The position numbers and the translations under genes are program-made. Below are positions 35,836 to 45,901 of a stretch of 64,000 nucleotides of DNA, piece after piece. Below the pieces are notes generated by a model. That model was not told the origin of the DNA, searched no databases, and was given only the letters and a program-made list of their open reading frames with translations. The DNA comes from Candidatus Nanoarchaeia archaeon (GTDB taxonomy: Archaea > Nanobdellota > Nanobdellia > SCGC-AAA011-G17 > JAFCDX01), in NCBI GenBank assembly GCA_028716945.1, contig JAQUOT010000001.1:402471-466470 (forward strand). Reading direction: 5' to 3'. Numbering within the stretch: the stretch's first letter is position 1; each line of letters starts with the position of its first letter.

Positions 35836-36386
35836 AACAAACTAATTATTCCTTGTAAAACTTTTGCTCCATCAAATGGTCCTAATGGAATCATGTTGAA
35901 TATGAATAATATCATATTTATTTTTTGAGTTAATAATAATATAATTGCGGTGTTTCTTTTTAAGTGCCTTGCTCTATTTAGTATTAACCAAGAACCTAAC
36001 CATAAAACTAAATTAACAAAAGGTCCTGCAAATGCAATTATTCCAGTTTGCCAACCTATTGTCATGGCAGGTATAACTACTGCACCTGGAGCTATGATTA
36101 AAAAAGGACTTTTTATCCACTTCAAAAATAATCCTAAAAATAGACCAAAGAAAAATATTTCAAAAGTAGCAGAATATCCAAATCCCATTGCAACAAACTT
36201 ATGAGCAAGTTCATGTAAAATTACACCTGGAGCAGCCACTAATATCGCTAATTTAAAAGCTTTCCAATCAAATCTCTTTTTCTTGAAATAATCTGTATCA
36301 GGAACCTTTAGAAAACTCATAAAAATATATCCAATTACTAAAATAGTAATACTCATATATAATATTTCTAGTAGGCTTATAAGCAT
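35832..36386 (-). CDS. small M50/site-2-protease-like membrane metalloprotease
   Basis: HELAHKFVAMGFG is an HExxH in a TM; MIPLGPFDGAKV is the LDG motif; 184 aa, multi-TM. Confidence 0.55.
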   Translation of the reverse strand: MLISLLEILYMSITILVIGYIFMSFLKVPDTDYFKKKRFDWKAFKLAILVAAPGVILHELAHKFVAMGFGYSATFEIFFFGLFLGLFLKWIKSPFLIIAPGAVVIPAMTIGWQTGIIAFAGPFVNLVLWLGSWLILNRARHLKRNTAIILLLTQKINMILFIFNMIPLGPFDGAKVLQGIISLF

Positions 36387-36486
36387 TTTAACCTATAAAA
36401 ATTAAATAGAGGTTATTTAAATAATTTTTTATAATATACTTTTTAGTACGAGAATGTATTTAAATTTAATTATCTCAATTTTATGA

Positions 36487-36888
36487 ATGAAGTATAAAAT
36501 TAGAAGAGAAAGAATTGGTTTTGAAGGACAGCAGAGAGATTATGAAGCTATATATCCTGAAAAACATAGTAGAATTAAAGGAATAATTTTAAATTATTGG
36601 GATGATAATAAAGATGATTCTTATGCAAATAGAAAAGATTATCACTCTGTCTGCGAAGTTCTTTATAAAGGAGATATTTTTTGGAAAAAGGTATTTGATG
36701 GAAGAGGACTTTATTTTAAGATAGATAATGTAGAAATTAATGCTAATGATAGTATAGACGAAATTTTATTGAAATTAGAAGACGAGAAAACCAGAGAAAA
36801 ATTAGTAAAAAAAGATAGAATTTCAGAACTAAAAGTTTTGATAAAAAAGTCTAAAAGAGAATTAAAAAGCTTAGAACATAGCTTATAA
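36487..36888 (+). CDS. hypothetical protein
   Basis: 133 aa; no recognisable motif. Confidence 0.4.
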   Translation: MKYKIRRERIGFEGQQRDYEAIYPEKHSRIKGIILNYWDDNKDDSYANRKDYHSVCEVLYKGDIFWKKVFDGRGLYFKIDNVEINANDSIDEILLKLEDEKTREKLVKKDRISELKVLIKKSKRELKSLEHSL

Positions 36889-36951
36889 GGCCTACCAAAA
36901 CCTTTAAATATATTTCTAATAAATTCTTTAATACTCTTATTAAGGCTTAAA

Positions 36952-37527
36952 ATGGGAATTTACAAATATATTAACAAAACCTGGAGAAAACCTAAAATAA
37001 ACTTAGGTTATGTATGGCAAACTAGATTAATCAATTGGAGAAAAGAGCCTGCTGTTATTAAAATAGAAAAACCAACAAGAATAGATAAAGCAAGAATGCT
37101 TGGTTATAAAGCTAAAATAGGAGTTATTGTTGCTAGAGTCAGAGTTCCTCGTGGTGGAAGAATGAGGATACAGATAAGAGCAGGAAGAAAATCTAAGAAA
37201 TTTAGACATAGAAAAATTGTTGGTAAAAGTTATCAATGGGTTGCAGAAGAAAGAGCAAATAAATTCTTTAGAAATCTGGAAGTATTAAATTCATATTGGG
37301 TTACAGAAGATGCATTACATTACTGGTATGAAGTTATTTTAATTGATCCTGAAAAACCTGAAATTCAAAAAGATCCTAAATACAAAGGTATTCTAACTCA
37401 AAGAGGAAGAGTTTTCAGAGGATTAACAAGTGCTGGAACAAAATCAAGAGGTCTGGGTGGTAAAGGAAAAGGTTATGAGAAAAATAGACCTAGTTTAAGA
37501 GCACACGATAGACAGGGAAAGAATTAA
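36952..37527 (+). CDS. rpl15e: 50S ribosomal protein L15e
   Basis: MGIYKYINKTWRKPK is the canonical L15e N-terminus; basic; 191 aa. Confidence 0.9.
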   Translation: MGIYKYINKTWRKPKINLGYVWQTRLINWRKEPAVIKIEKPTRIDKARMLGYKAKIGVIVARVRVPRGGRMRIQIRAGRKSKKFRHRKIVGKSYQWVAEERANKFFRNLEVLNSYWVTEDALHYWYEVILIDPEKPEIQKDPKYKGILTQRGRVFRGLTSAGTKSRGLGGKGKGYEKNRPSLRAHDRQGKN

Positions 37528-37557
37528 ATTTATATATTCTACTGAATATTTTTATGT

Positions 37558-38280
37558 ATGACTAAGTATGATTTCTGGGAACCTTGGAGAGCTAAGACCC
37601 TTATAGAAAAAAAGGCAATAAAATCTATTTTAAAAGCAAGAAAGTTAATTATAAATTCCATCCCCAATAAGACACTTGTCTCGATCTATATTAAGGGAAG
37701 TTTTGTGCGTAGAGATATGAACAAAAGTAGTGATGTAGATATTGTCCCAATTGTGACTAAAAATAAATATGAAAAATCAATTTTTAAAATTAATGATTAT
37801 AACCTTTTTCCTGCTTGTGTAGTACCCCTCTCAATTTCTGAACTTAAGCATAACAAACTTTTTACTAAAGGTATTTGTAGCCCTGATTTAAGGGCAGAAC
37901 CTGATTTATTTATATTAAACTTAAAAGAATATAAGTTAATTTATGGTAAAAAATTAAATCCTAAAGATTATCCTCATAGGAAAAACTATCAAATTATAAA
38001 GGATGAAATAAATAAAATTAAAAAAGGGTACATTCCAGCTTATAAAGAAGGAATTATAAAATTTGAATCGTTACTAAAAGAAGTATTTTGGTTAATAGAG
38101 TGGGAACAAAAATTAAAACATAAAAAGATTAAACATTCATTTAAAAATATAAAAAATTCTTTAAAAGATAAAAATCATATTATCCATGATGCATATGCCT
38201 TCAGAATTGGGAAATATAAAAGTAAATTGGAAAAACAAAAATTCATCGATTCTCTTAATAAATATTTAGAAAATAAATAA
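37558..38280 (+). CDS. nucleotidyltransferase-domain protein (Pol-beta superfamily, KNTase-like)
   Basis: GSFVRRDMNKSSDVDIV is the GS ... DxD NTase motif; C-terminal helical domain; 240 aa. Confidence 0.6.
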   Translation: MTKYDFWEPWRAKTLIEKKAIKSILKARKLIINSIPNKTLVSIYIKGSFVRRDMNKSSDVDIVPIVTKNKYEKSIFKINDYNLFPACVVPLSISELKHNKLFTKGICSPDLRAEPDLFILNLKEYKLIYGKKLNPKDYPHRKNYQIIKDEINKIKKGYIPAYKEGIIKFESLLKEVFWLIEWEQKLKHKKIKHSFKNIKNSLKDKNHIIHDAYAFRIGKYKSKLEKQKFIDSLNKYLENK

Positions 38281-38281
38281 A

Positions 38282-38503
38282 TTATTCCATTAAATTCTTT
38301 ATTAATAATATTAATCCTAAACCAATTACAATAAAAGAAAGATAGTTTATTTCAAAATTAATATAGTTAATTTCTTTTGCATACAAATATCCACCAACTA
38401 AAATTAATAATATTGGAGCAATAACATCTTTTTTTCCATACTTGCCTTTATATTCATGCTCTAAATGTTTTAAATCTCTTTTACTTAACCGCAAGTTTAA
38501 CAT
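38282..38503 (-). CDS. small membrane protein
   Basis: 73 aa with two predicted TM helices. Confidence 0.3.
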   Translation of the reverse strand: MLNLRLSKRDLKHLEHEYKGKYGKKDVIAPILLILVGGYLYAKEINYINFEINYLSFIVIGLGLILLIKNLME

Positions 38504-38684
38504 CCCCTGCTTTTACTGTTTTTCTTTTAGAATGTTGTGCTATCTTTATTGCTTTGTCAGAAATTTGATCTGCATAATCTTCAAGAATTTCAGCTAATGC
38601 TCTTTTAGCATCATCGCTTACTCTTGGTGCACCTGCTTTTTTAAGCAATTTCTCCATTGCCGCTAAAGGTAAAATTCCTTTCAT
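38481..38684 (-). CDS. archaeal histone (HMf-like histone fold)
   Basis: LPLAAMEKLLKKAGAPRVSDDAKRALAEILEDYADQISDKAIKIAQHSKRKTVKAGDVKLA is near-identical in pattern to HMfA/B. Confidence 0.85.
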   Translation of the reverse strand: MKGILPLAAMEKLLKKAGAPRVSDDAKRALAEILEDYADQISDKAIKIAQHSKRKTVKAGDVKLAVK

Positions 38685-38690
38685 ATGTCT

Positions 38691-38993
38691 TTATTTGTTA
38701 ATTACCTTATATATTTTTCTTTTTTTCTTAAAAGAAGGCAATTTAAGTTTTTTTCCATAAAATCTGGATAAAATTGCTGTTAATAATATAATAAATCCTA
38801 CAGTTAATGCTAAAGCTAATATAACCGAACTTAATAAAAATAATAAAACAAAAACCAAAGGAAAAAATAAAGCTAATAATATTCTATATTTTAAACTAAT
38901 TAAATTATGTCCATTAACTTTTATTTGAGAAGTCTTTACAAAAATAAATAAACTTACAAGTATAAATGCATAAAGTAAAAGTTCCTGCCACAT
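38691..38993 (-). CDS. small membrane protein
   Basis: 100 aa, three TM helices. Confidence 0.3.
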   Translation of the reverse strand: MWQELLLYAFILVSLFIFVKTSQIKVNGHNLISLKYRILLALFFPLVFVLLFLLSSVILALALTVGFIILLTAILSRFYGKKLKLPSFKKKRKIYKVINK

Positions 38994-39012
38994 TTTTAAT
39001 CACCTAAGTATT

Positions 39013-40233
39013 TCATCTCTTTTTATAATTATGTTTTTTATTTTTTATTAAATAATAAAATATTATCGAAGGAATTAATAAAAATGAAGAGTAAAATATT
39101 GTTAATTTTGGGCCAATTACGTCTATCATATAACCTGCGGTCAACATTCCAATGCTCGCAGCGATACTAGTAACAACAGATTTAAAAGAAGTTATTGTTG
39201 CCCTATATTTACTTATAGTATAATCTTGGAAAAACTTGTTTTTTATTGGGACCATTAGATCTATTAAAAATGAACTTGTACAAAAAATCAAAAGAGCTAT
39301 TTTCCAATTAGATATTAAAATTATTGGAAGTATAGTTAAAAAAAGTATAAAATGTACTAAAACTAAATAATTCTTTTCTTTTTTAATTATTTTTAATAAA
39401 GGTTTTGATAAAAATGAGGATATAATTTTCAATAATCCACAAAAAGAAATTAAATAACCCAACCAATAAACTTTAAAATTTAAACTTAATAAGAAAGGTT
39501 GCCATGAAACATCGCTACTTAAACTAAAACTTATTACAGTAAAAAACCAAGCCAATAACAAATATAATAAAATGGGGTGTGTAAGGCTATACTTAATAGA
39601 AAATTTAGAGTAGTTCCAAGATTTTTTAATTGAGGATATCTTTATTTTATTTCTTTTAAAATTTTCATTAATAAAAATCCAAATAAATAAAGTTCCTAGT
39701 AGCATAGAAAGTCCAGTAGATATCCAAATGATATTTAATCCAAAATATTTTACTAAAAGTGCTCCAATAAATCCATTTAATATTATACTTAATCCTAGTA
39801 TACTGCTTTCTTTTATATAATAGTTATGTACTAAATCTACTCTTTTATTATTTTTTAAATGATCTACAATTAATGTTTCATCCGCTCCAGAAATTAATGT
39901 TCCTGAAATGCTTAATAAAGCAAAAAGGAGTAATAATATATAATAACTCTGGAATAATCCTATTAATATAAATATAAAACCAAATAATATTGACCCTAGT
40001 ACAACAGAGAATTTTCTCCCAAAAATGTCAGCTATAACCCCTGTAGGAATTTCAAAAATTATTCCAAAAAGATAATATATTGAAAGAAAAGAAGATATTT
40101 GAAGAAAAGTTAATCCTAATTGATTAAAGTATACTACATAAAATATAGTCCAAATAAAAAATAAACCTTGTGTAATAATACTTAAATAAAAAGGCCATAA
40201 TAATTTTAACTCACCTTTTTCAAAAAGTTTCAT
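39013..40233 (-). CDS. MFS-family transporter
   Basis: 406 aa, 12 predicted TM; GxxADxxGRK-like motif ADIFGRKF in loop 2-3. Confidence 0.7.
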   Translation of the reverse strand: MKLFEKGELKLLWPFYLSIITQGLFFIWTIFYVVYFNQLGLTFLQISSFLSIYYLFGIIFEIPTGVIADIFGRKFSVVLGSILFGFIFILIGLFQSYYILLLLFALLSISGTLISGADETLIVDHLKNNKRVDLVHNYYIKESSILGLSIILNGFIGALLVKYFGLNIIWISTGLSMLLGTLFIWIFINENFKRNKIKISSIKKSWNYSKFSIKYSLTHPILLYLLLAWFFTVISFSLSSDVSWQPFLLSLNFKVYWLGYLISFCGLLKIISSFLSKPLLKIIKKEKNYLVLVHFILFLTILPIILISNWKIALLIFCTSSFLIDLMVPIKNKFFQDYTISKYRATITSFKSVVTSIAASIGMLTAGYMIDVIGPKLTIFYSSFLLIPSIIFYYLIKNKKHNYKKR

Positions 40234-40740
40234 TTATAACACCTTTCTAAGTTTTACAGAATAAGGTTTAAAACCCAAATATTCATGTAATCTTATAGAG
40301 GGTTTGTTCAAAGCAAAAATTCCAGATTGTATTTTTTTAACTCCCTTCTTTTTTAGTAATCTAAATATAAATTTGCAAAGTTTTACTGCCAATCCTTTTC
40401 CTCTAAACTCCTTTAAAATATATACTTTTTCTAATTCTGCAAATTTTTTGTCATTTTTATTAATTTGTGCATGAATAAAACCAGCAATTTTATTTTCTAC
40501 TTTTATGAAATACCAGAGATTTCTTTTTGTAGCTTTGAGCTCTTTTAAAAATCCTATCTTTCTTTCTTTTTTGTGTTTTTTTAAATCTAATAACATTTCT
40601 TTTTTAGGAACATTTGGGAATTGTAACCTTCCTTCATCTATTGACATTTGGATATAAAATTCATTAAGTATATTCAAATCTACCATAGAACATTTAATAA
40701 AACTTATTTTCATCTTAATCCATAACAAGTCTAGCATCAA
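40234..40740 (-). CDS. GNAT-family N-acetyltransferase
   Basis: Motif A region LKEFRGKGLAVKLCKF; 168 aa. Confidence 0.7.
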   Translation of the reverse strand: MMLDLLWIKMKISFIKCSMVDLNILNEFYIQMSIDEGRLQFPNVPKKEMLLDLKKHKKERKIGFLKELKATKRNLWYFIKVENKIAGFIHAQINKNDKKFAELEKVYILKEFRGKGLAVKLCKFIFRLLKKKGVKKIQSGIFALNKPSIRLHEYLGFKPYSVKLRKVL

Positions 40741-41314
40741 CTATTAATGCTTCTTTATCGTTTGCAATCAAAGGATTTATATCCAATTCAGTTATTTTTG
40801 GATTCTTTTTTATAAGATTATTTAATTTTAAAATATTCTCAATAATACTTTTCTTATTGACTTTGACATTTCTTGCATCAAAAATTTTTGAGAATTTTAT
40901 TTCATTTATCATTTCTTCTGCATCTTCTTCTTTTATAGGATAAACTCTAAATGAAACATCTTTGAAAATTTCTGTATAAATTCCACCCAAACCAAAAGTA
41001 ATTACATGACCAAAAGTATTGTCTTTTTTAATTCCCATCAAAAATTCTACTCCAGAGGTTTGTTTTTGAACTAAAATATTATTTGATTTTAATTCTTTAA
41101 ACACTTTTTCAAAATCATCTTTATTAACATTTAGTTTAACACCTTGTTTTTCAGTCTTATGTAGTAAGTTAGTATTTTTCAGAACAACAGGAAAACCTAT
41201 TTTAGTAGCAATATCTAAAGTACTCTTATAATCCTTAGAAAAGCCTCTTTTAACTACTTTAAAGCCATTTTTCTCAAGAAAGTCCTCTGCTTCATCCTCT
41301 TTTAGGATTTTCAT
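40715..41314 (-). CDS. acdB: ADP-forming acetyl-CoA synthetase beta subunit (ATP-grasp)
   Basis: FPVVLKNTNLLHKTEKQGVKLN ... ITELDINPLIA, the ATP-grasp ligase pattern; 199 aa. Confidence 0.6.
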   Translation of the reverse strand: MKILKEDEAEDFLEKNGFKVVKRGFSKDYKSTLDIATKIGFPVVLKNTNLLHKTEKQGVKLNVNKDDFEKVFKELKSNNILVQKQTSGVEFLMGIKKDNTFGHVITFGLGGIYTEIFKDVSFRVYPIKEEDAEEMINEIKFSKIFDARNVKVNKKSIIENILKLNNLIKKNPKITELDINPLIANDKEALIVDARLVMD

Positions 41315-41365
41315 TATTTCTAAATAGGCATAAACCTTTTTAAATCTTTTCTAACTTGAATTTAT

Positions 41366-42403
41366 ATGATTCCTACTTCACAATTAAAAGAAATTAAAGA
41401 TTATCTTGTAAATGCTGAAAATCCGTTAATTTTCTTTGATGATGATCCTGATGGATTATGTTCATATTTGTTAATGAAGCAACTAAATGATAATGCTAAA
41501 GGTATAGTAATAAAAAGTTCTCCTGTTTTAGATGTGCAATACTTAAAAAAGATAGAAGAATTAAGTCCAGATATAGTTTTTGTTTTAGATAAGCCATTAA
41601 TAAGCCAGGAATTTATTGATAATGTTCATGTTCCTATAATTTGGGTAGACCATCATCCTTTAGTTCAAAGAAAAGGAGTTAATTATTATAATCCTAGGAT
41701 AAAAGATGAAAAAGATAATTCTCCTACTACTTATTTAGTTTACAAGGCTCTTAATAATAATTTATGGATTGCTACAGTCGGTTCTATTGCAGATTGGTAT
41801 ATTCCAGATTTCTTGCCAGAATTTAAAAAACAATTTCCAGGTTTATTAGAAGATCAAAAAAAACCAGAAGATATTCTATTTAATTCTAAACTTGGAACTT
41901 TAGTAAAATTATTTTCTTTTAATTTGAAAGGAAAGACTTCAGATGTAAGAAAAAATATAGCTATCTTATCTAAGATAGAAACTCCTTATGAAATATTAAA
42001 TCAGGAAACTTCTAAAGGAAAATTATTATATAAAAATTATACAAAGATTAATAAAGCATATGAAGAATTATTAGCAAAAGCAATAGAATCCATGAAATAT
42101 CAAAAAGATAAAAGAATATTATTATTTATTTACCCTAGTGCAAAAACAAGTTTTACAACAGAATTATCAAATGAATTACTTTATAAATATCCTGATAGGT
42201 TAATTATTATAGGAAGAGAAAAAGGCGATGAAATAAAAATGAGTTTAAGATCAAGCAAATTAATTTTACCTGGAATAATTGAAAAAGCCTTGGTAAATGT
42301 AAAAGGATATGGTGGTGGCCATGATTATGCTTGTGGTTCGAGTGTTGCTAAAGAAGATTTTCCAATATTCATAGATAACATAAAAAATCAGATAGGTGAG
42401 TAA
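41366..42403 (+). CDS. DHH-family phosphoesterase (NrnA/RecJ-like) with DHHA1 domain
   Basis: Motif I FFDDDPDGLCS, DHH motif IWVDHHP, DHHA1 GGGHDYACGS; 345 aa. Confidence 0.65.
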   Translation: MIPTSQLKEIKDYLVNAENPLIFFDDDPDGLCSYLLMKQLNDNAKGIVIKSSPVLDVQYLKKIEELSPDIVFVLDKPLISQEFIDNVHVPIIWVDHHPLVQRKGVNYYNPRIKDEKDNSPTTYLVYKALNNNLWIATVGSIADWYIPDFLPEFKKQFPGLLEDQKKPEDILFNSKLGTLVKLFSFNLKGKTSDVRKNIAILSKIETPYEILNQETSKGKLLYKNYTKINKAYEELLAKAIESMKYQKDKRILLFIYPSAKTSFTTELSNELLYKYPDRLIIIGREKGDEIKMSLRSSKLILPGIIEKALVNVKGYGGGHDYACGSSVAKEDFPIFIDNIKNQIGE

Positions 42404-44342
42404 AATAAAAAATAAATTAATACTTTTCATAATTTCTGTAATAATTCTATCTCAATTTACTTCAGCAATAAATATAGAAGAGCCAAGTTCTTATTCTTGG
42501 TTTAGAATGTACCTAACTTTATCTACGAATTTATCTTTAGATCCAACTAAAGATGATGCAAAAGTTGATGCCATCATTTCTGAATTAAAAATATATCCTA
42601 AAAATACAGAATTGCAAAGTGTTTCAAATTTAAACATAATTTCAAATCCAACAGCAGCAACTTCTACAAATAATGCAATAACTTACGAATGGGAAAAGCC
42701 TGAATCTAAAATATTAAACTTAGGTTTTACTTCAGAGGTAGTATCTGAAAATAAAATAACTCCTATCCAAACAAAATTAGAATTTCCATCTACATCAGCA
42801 GATCCTCAAGCAGTTTCTTATTTAGAAGCTACTGAACATATTGATATAAATGAAAATATAAGAAATAAAGCAAATGAACTTGCTGCAGGAGAAGATGATG
42901 TTTATGTTGTTGTTTTTAAAATAGCAGAATATGTAAGAACTAATGTAAATTATAATCTTACAACTTTAACAGAAAACGTTGTACAAAAATCTTCTTGGGT
43001 ATATGAAAATAAACAAGGAGTTTGTGATGAAATTACAAGTTTATTTATTTCTATGTTAAGATCAATAAAAATACCTGCAAAATTCGTTGAAGGGGTTGCA
43101 TATACAAATACTTTAGGAACTTGGGGAAATCACGGATGGGCAGAAGTTTATCTTCATGGATATGGATGGGTTCCATTTGATGTAACTTATGGACAATATG
43201 GTTTTGTTGATGCTACTCACATTAGACTTGGAGAATCAAGTGATTCTTCTATGCCTTCTTTGACTATTACTGGAAGAACTTATAACACAGAAATTAATAC
43301 ACAAGAACTTGTTTTAAATACAGAATTACTTGCTCGTGGAGAAAAATTACCTAAACTAGAATTAATTAAGATAGAACCCTTAACTAATCAAGTTGGTCCA
43401 GGTAGTTATGTTCCTATAAAAGTAGAACTAGAAAATTTACAATCTTATTATGTTCCAGTTCAATTAAGAATTACAAAAGCGCCAGAATTAACAGAATCTA
43501 ATATAAAAACAGTTTTATTAAAACCTTTACAGAAAAAAACAGTATTTTGGATAGTAAAAATTCCAAATGATTTAGAAAATAATTATATTTATTCTACTTT
43601 AATAGAAGTTATAGATTCTTTTGGATTAGTTGCTTCAGAAAAAATAAATTATGCAGATGAATATGATACTTTTACTCAAGAACAAGCAAATACCTTATTA
43701 GCTAAAAATTCAGAAAAAGAAAGTTTGATTTATTCAGAAAAATTAAGTCTAAACTGTAAGCCCGGAAAAAATTATTATTTTGATTATGAAAAAGCAGAGC
43801 TAACTTGTATTGTTCTTAATACAGGAAATGTGGTTTTGAATGATTTACAAGTTTGTTTAAACCAAGATTGCAAGACTTTTGGATTGACAATAGCAGACTC
43901 TAAAAATTTAGTATTTACAGATTTGTCTAGTAATGAAGAAATAAAAATAACTGCAAAAAATAACGTCATTGATGTTGCTAGTTTTGTTACTATAAAACAA
44001 TTGAATGATCCCAATCTAAAAATATCTAATTTAAATTTTCCAGATTTAATACTATACAAACAACCTACTAATTTGACTTTTTTACTAAGTGTGGATACTC
44101 CTGTTAAAAATATTATTTTCAAATTAAATGGAGAAGAATTTTTTAAATTGGATAATTTTGTAAAACAAGAAAATAGAATTTTTATATTTACAGGAAAAAA
44201 ATTATATGGTCCAACTTATAATAATTTATCAATAACTTATGAAGATGAAAATGGGCATTCATATCAAACAAGTAAATCCTTTTTAGTTAATGTAAAAAAA
44301 GTTCCATTTTATGCAAGAATTTTATATTGGTTAGGATTCTAA
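42396..44342 (+). CDS. secreted transglutaminase-like (Cys protease fold) domain protein with beta-rich C-terminal region
   Basis: Signal/TM LILFIISVIILSQFTSA. Transglutaminase core NKQGVCDEITSLFISMLRSIKIPAKFVEG ... GNHGWAEVYLHGYGWVPFDVT (Cys-His-Asp). Confidence 0.6.
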   Translation: MSKIKNKLILFIISVIILSQFTSAINIEEPSSYSWFRMYLTLSTNLSLDPTKDDAKVDAIISELKIYPKNTELQSVSNLNIISNPTAATSTNNAITYEWEKPESKILNLGFTSEVVSENKITPIQTKLEFPSTSADPQAVSYLEATEHIDINENIRNKANELAAGEDDVYVVVFKIAEYVRTNVNYNLTTLTENVVQKSSWVYENKQGVCDEITSLFISMLRSIKIPAKFVEGVAYTNTLGTWGNHGWAEVYLHGYGWVPFDVTYGQYGFVDATHIRLGESSDSSMPSLTITGRTYNTEINTQELVLNTELLARGEKLPKLELIKIEPLTNQVGPGSYVPIKVELENLQSYYVPVQLRITKAPELTESNIKTVLLKPLQKKTVFWIVKIPNDLENNYIYSTLIEVIDSFGLVASEKINYADEYDTFTQEQANTLLAKNSEKESLIYSEKLSLNCKPGKNYYFDYEKAELTCIVLNTGNVVLNDLQVCLNQDCKTFGLTIADSKNLVFTDLSSNEEIKITAKNNVIDVASFVTIKQLNDPNLKISNLNFPDLILYKQPTNLTFLLSVDTPVKNIIFKLNGEEFFKLDNFVKQENRIFIFTGKKLYGPTYNNLSITYEDENGHSYQTSKSFLVNVKKVPFYARILYWLGF

Positions 44343-45772
44343 TAACTTTTTCCAATATATACAGAATAATCTGCTTTTTTTCCACAATAAACACATTTTC
44401 CTAAATTAGTTTTTTGTTTAAAAGGAATATTCAAAGTTTTAGCACCATTTGTTTTTGATTTAATCCATTCTTCACATTCTTCGCTTTTACATAATTGTGT
44501 AAGAGCAATTTTTTTATTTTCTATAACTTTTATCAATTCATTTAAATTATTGGTTTCAACTATACTATTTTTCATAAGTTTTTCTGCGTTTTTATATAAT
44601 TCTTCATGCATTTCTTCTAATATTTTTGGAATTTTCTTTGATAATTCAGAGATTTTTATATTTAGTTTCTTTCCAAGTCTTGTTACAAGAACAACTTGTT
44701 TTGCTTTCAAGTCTTTTGGACCTATTTCTAGTCTTAATGGAATTCCTTTTAATTCCCATTCGCTAAATTTCCATCCAGGGGAATATCCTTCTCTATCGTC
44801 TAAAATTGGATTATATATTCCTAATTCTTTTTTAATTTTTTCAGCTTCTTTGAAAACTTTTGCTTTTGAATCTTCAAATATAATTGGAACAATAACTAAT
44901 TTATTTTCTGCTAATTTTGGAGGTAAAACTAATCCTTTATTATCAGAATGTATAGCAAACATTACTCCTAACATCCTAGTCGTTATAGCATAAGTTGCTT
45001 GTAAAACATATTGTTCTTTTTCTTTTTCATCCAAATATTTTATATTATAAGCTTTTGCAAAATTATTTCCATCATCATGGAAATCAGGTCCTTGTATTGC
45101 TTTTCCATTTGGAATTATAATTTCTATAGAGTAAGTTGCTTTAGCTCCAGCAAATTTTTCTCTATCTGTTTTTCTTCCAATTAATCCAGGTAAAGCCATA
45201 TAATCTTTTAAGAAATCAGAATAAATTTTTAAGATAATATCTCTATCTTTATCTAAATCTTTTTCATTAGAATAAACATTGTGTCCTTCATTCCATAAAA
45301 ATTCTCTTGTTCTTAAAAAAGGAACCGGATTTTTAAATTCCCATCTTACAACGTTGTTCCATTGATTTAATTTTAATGGTAAATCTCTATAACTTCTAAT
45401 CCATTTTGAATAACTATCATACATTATTGCTTCTGATGTAGGTCTTACTGCTAATCTTTCATTTAATTTTTCTTCTCCAGATTGTGTAACCCATGCTACT
45501 TCTGGAGTAAATCCTTTAACATGTTCTTGTTCTCTTGATAATAATGATTCTGGAATAAATAAAGGAAAATAAGAATTCTGTATACCTATTTTTTTAAATT
45601 CTAAATCAATTACTTTTTGTACTTTTTCCCATACTTGATAAGATCTTGGTCTAAATACAATACAACCAGAAACTTGAGTATAATCTGCTAGTTCTGATTT
45701 TAATATTAATTGCTGATACCATTCAGAAAAATCCTGCTCTTTTTTAACTGTAATTCCCTCTTGTTTTGACAT
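44339..45772 (-). CDS. proS: prolyl-tRNA synthetase (archaeal/eukaryal type with C-terminal zinc-binding domain)
   Basis: QVSGCIVFRPRSYQVWEKVQ; class II motifs; C-terminal CVYCGKKADYSVYIGKSY; 477 aa. Confidence 0.9.
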   Translation of the reverse strand: MSKQEGITVKKEQDFSEWYQQLILKSELADYTQVSGCIVFRPRSYQVWEKVQKVIDLEFKKIGIQNSYFPLFIPESLLSREQEHVKGFTPEVAWVTQSGEEKLNERLAVRPTSEAIMYDSYSKWIRSYRDLPLKLNQWNNVVRWEFKNPVPFLRTREFLWNEGHNVYSNEKDLDKDRDIILKIYSDFLKDYMALPGLIGRKTDREKFAGAKATYSIEIIIPNGKAIQGPDFHDDGNNFAKAYNIKYLDEKEKEQYVLQATYAITTRMLGVMFAIHSDNKGLVLPPKLAENKLVIVPIIFEDSKAKVFKEAEKIKKELGIYNPILDDREGYSPGWKFSEWELKGIPLRLEIGPKDLKAKQVVLVTRLGKKLNIKISELSKKIPKILEEMHEELYKNAEKLMKNSIVETNNLNELIKVIENKKIALTQLCKSEECEEWIKSKTNGAKTLNIPFKQKTNLGKCVYCGKKADYSVYIGKSY

Positions 45773-45794
45773 GTTTAATGAAAATGGTTGTATT

Positions 45795-45802
45795 TTATAA
45801 AT
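45795..45802 (-). promoter_or_regulatory. TATA box (TTTATAAA), about 21 nt upstream of the proS start; duplicate of the block upstream of rpl37ae
   Basis: tataaatttttgtaaatggg is shared with 6251..6275. Confidence 0.35.
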
Positions 45803-45811
45803 TTTTGTAAA

Positions 45812-45897
45812 TGGGACTGCCCGGATTTGAACCGGGGTCGCGAGGTTTTTAGCATAGTCCCTAACCTCGAATCATGACCAAGCTGGACCACAATCCC
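45812..45897 (-). tRNA. tRNA-Pro-like paralog with enlarged 19-nt anticodon loop (probable intron); anticodon unresolved (A at nominal position 34)
   Basis: Acceptor GGGAUUG/CAGUCCC-A. D-arm, anticodon stem (CGAGG/CCUCG), variable loop (CGAC) and T-arm are identical to the tRNA-Pro at 6273..6372. The loop is UUAGGGACUAUGCUAAAAA. The gene lies immediately upstream of proS. Confidence 0.5.
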
Positions 45898-45901
45898 TTG
45901 A

